Source of the DNA: Rhina ancylostomus
Lineage: Eukaryota
Reading direction: 5' to 3'
Assembly: GCA_030265395.1 (NCBI GenBank)
Contig: JARFYF010000007.1
Coordinates: 35,846,341-35,910,340, forward strand
DNA length: 64,000 bases
Position numbers and translations under genes: made by a program. Below the pieces are notes generated by a model that worked only from the letters and a program-made list of their open reading frames with translations, made no database searches and was not told the DNA's origin. Below are positions 61,832-64,000 of this stretch, piece by piece; the stretch's first letter is position 1, and every line of letters begins with the position of its first letter.

Positions 61832-63402
61832 GTCACCTGACATTGCTGCTGGTGAAGTAGCATTAGTCATACTTGAATATCATAGACTTCCTGCATCTCT
61901 TGAAGTTCTGCAGATGGCCATCTGATTATTCACCATTGCAGCCTCTAGATTACAGAAGTACATTGTAATAAGTAGTCACTGTATGGGGAAGTTTATAGCA
62001 AACAAAAGGCAGAGGTTCTGTCAATGTACATTAAATAAACATGCATATTGAGCAACTTATAGACAAGGTATCTTTTATTTATTGTTCTATGTAATACTTC
62101 CATTACTCAGAAATTAGCCAGTGTATAAAAATGAAAATGCCAATCAGATGTAGCAACCTTCAGTTACTAACTGAACATAAATTATGAAATTAGTTAGCAA
62201 CCAGTATCAAAAAATGAGCATAAAAAGAATGATGTGTTGGATATTTCTAAATTTTCATTTCTGATTTGAAGCAACCACTTTTATAAAGCACGCTGGTCAA
62301 CAGCCAGGCTACAGGAAAGCATCTGCGAGGTGTATTAGGCATTTGGAAAACTGAATCTTGGCACTTGCTCAGACTCCAAGCTGTGGGCAGAATCTCATGT
62401 TATGTTTATACTGCCCACCCAAGAGTTGGCTGAGAGTGAGCAGGGCAGCAGTAAAACACCAACAGCATCAGAGAGAGCTGTTGCTGTTGGATCATCTGGG
62501 GCTCAGAGTTTGCTTTTAAAAGCATGAAAAGTAAAGCATGGAAAAACTAGTAGACTGAGAACAGGGTCCACAAGACCTACAAATGGACTCACAGACACAA
62601 ACACACACATAAGTATTTCCAAAACCTGGTTTGGAAAAAAATAGAAATATCCAGTACACTATTCTTTTTATGCTTTTTTAATATTGGTTGCTAATTAATT
62701 TCATAACTTATGTTCATTTCACTTTATTGGTCTCTTCATTTTTTACACTTTCTCTGCTGGCTAATTTCTGAGTAATAAAAGTATTAACAAAGAACAATAA
62801 ATAAAAAATGTCTTGTCTATAAGTTGTTCAATATGAATGCTTATTTCACATATGTTTTCAGAACCTCTATCTTTCATTTTCCATAAACTTCCCCATATAG
62901 TGGTTACTTACTACAATGTACTTCTGTAATTTAAAGGCTGCAGTGGTGAATATTGAAATATTGAAAGGCCTGGACAGAGTGGACGTGGAGAGGATATTTC
63001 CAGTAGTGGGAGAGTCTAGGACCAGAGGCCACACCTCAGAACAGAGGGAAGTCCCTTTAGAACTGAGATGAGAAGGAATTTCTTCAGCCAGAGGGTGGTG
63101 AATCTGTGGAACTCATTGCCTCAGACGGCTGTGGAGGCCAAGTCATTGGGTATATTTAAAGCGAAGGTTGCTTGATTAGTAAAGGCATCAAAGTTTATGG
63201 GGAGAAGGCAGGAGAATGGGGATGAGAGGAAAAAATAAATCAGCCGTGATCGAATGGTGGAGCAGACTCAAAGGGCTGAATGGCCTATCTGCTCTTATGC
63301 CTTCTGGTCTTATAAGATGGCCATCTACAGAACTTCAAGGGATGCAAAAAGTCGATGATCTGCAAGCATGACTAATGTTACCTTACCAACAACTAAAGTG
63401 AC
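61832..63402. repeat. Long imperfect inverted repeat: arm 1 ~61832-62250, arm 2 ~62642-62953 plus 63314-63402
   Basis: For example 61929 ttcaccattgcagcctctagattacagaagtacattgtaataagtagtcactgtatggggaagtttat is the reverse complement of 62883-62950 with few mismatches. The homology continues on both sides and resumes after the CR1 insertion. Confidence 0.9.
62955..63313 (+). mobile_element. Relatively young 5'-truncated CR1 LINE
   Basis: ILKGLDRVDVERIFPVVGESRTRGH / PFRTEMRRNFFSQRVVNLWNSLPQTAVEAKSLGIFKA, followed by the 3' tail ..gaatggcctatctgctcttatg. Confidence 0.9.
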
Positions 63403-63874
63403 AATTCATTTCACTACTTCTGAATTTTGCTGAACACTCATGCTTTGATCTTCTTTTATTATATCCTTAATAGATCTTTCTATTGGAAGCATTTCTGTCT
63501 TCTCTTTGGTCATCTTTGATTTCTACATTTCTGGCATCTTCAGCTGAGATTTGATTTTGTCTTCTGAATACGAAATTCCACTTAAGTGTGTGAAGTGTGA
63601 TAGTTGCTTTGCATTTCAAGTGCAATGTTTCAGGTGTGTTACCTGAATTATGGGTCAAGTCAAGAAAAACTGTCTCAGGATGAGTTGGAGGAGATACTGC
63701 CTAACAGAATTTAACATAGATTATCATGGAACCACAGGATGAGAGAGGAATGAAGGCCATTCAGCTCATCAAACCTGTGTCAGCTCTTTGAAGGTAGTCC
63801 ACTGGCTTGTTCTTACCTCATTGATCTGCAATCATTACAGCTTCTGTCTCACTGTGATAAGACTATTGAACTAT

Positions 63875-64000
63875 TCCCTTGTATGATGAGATGGTCTCTT
63901 GACCTCACAATCTACCTTGTTATTACCTTGCACCTTATTGTCTACCTGCAATGCACTTCCCTGTAGCTGTGACACTCTGTCCTCTATTATTGTTTTTTAC
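63875..64000 (+). mobile_element. LINE 3' UTR fragment (Rex-Babar-like, batoid repeat), truncated by the window end
   Basis: gatggtctcttgacctcacaatctaccttgttattaccttgcaccttattgtctacctgca..cacttccctgtagctgtgacact, recognised from memory as a common ray repeat. Confidence 0.55.

Overview
Vertebrate genomic DNA, almost certainly a cartilaginous fish: the HE1/V-SINE, HER1/CR1, Deu-SINE and Penelope repeats point there, and a batoid (ray/sawfish-like) is likely but is inference only. It is a draft assembly with 8 short N gaps. The only convincing protein-coding gene is intronless POU3F3 (Brn-1) on the minus strand (34039-35235, 398 aa). It carries an 18-Gln tract and lacks the long Ala/Gly/Pro/His runs of mammalian POU3F3. 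The gene sits in a gene desert, inside a ~33-kb AT-rich but CpG-retaining, repeat-poor domain (~10.5-43.5 kb), which looks like a DNA-methylation valley; its left edge coincides with a CTCF motif and a perfect 43-bp inverted repeat. The flanks are CpG-depleted and full of decayed LINE, SINE and Penelope fragments. Other points worth checking: a CCAAT/ETS bidirectional-type promoter with + strand splice signals (candidate PANTR1-like and PANTR2-like lncRNAs); an AUG-UGA start-stop element in the leader; an 88-codon two-hydrophobic-helix ORF ending in AATAAA about 7 kb upstream; and a ~420-bp-arm inverted repeat at 61.8-63.4 kb interrupted by a younger CR1. Repeat family names come from recognition by eye, not from database searches.
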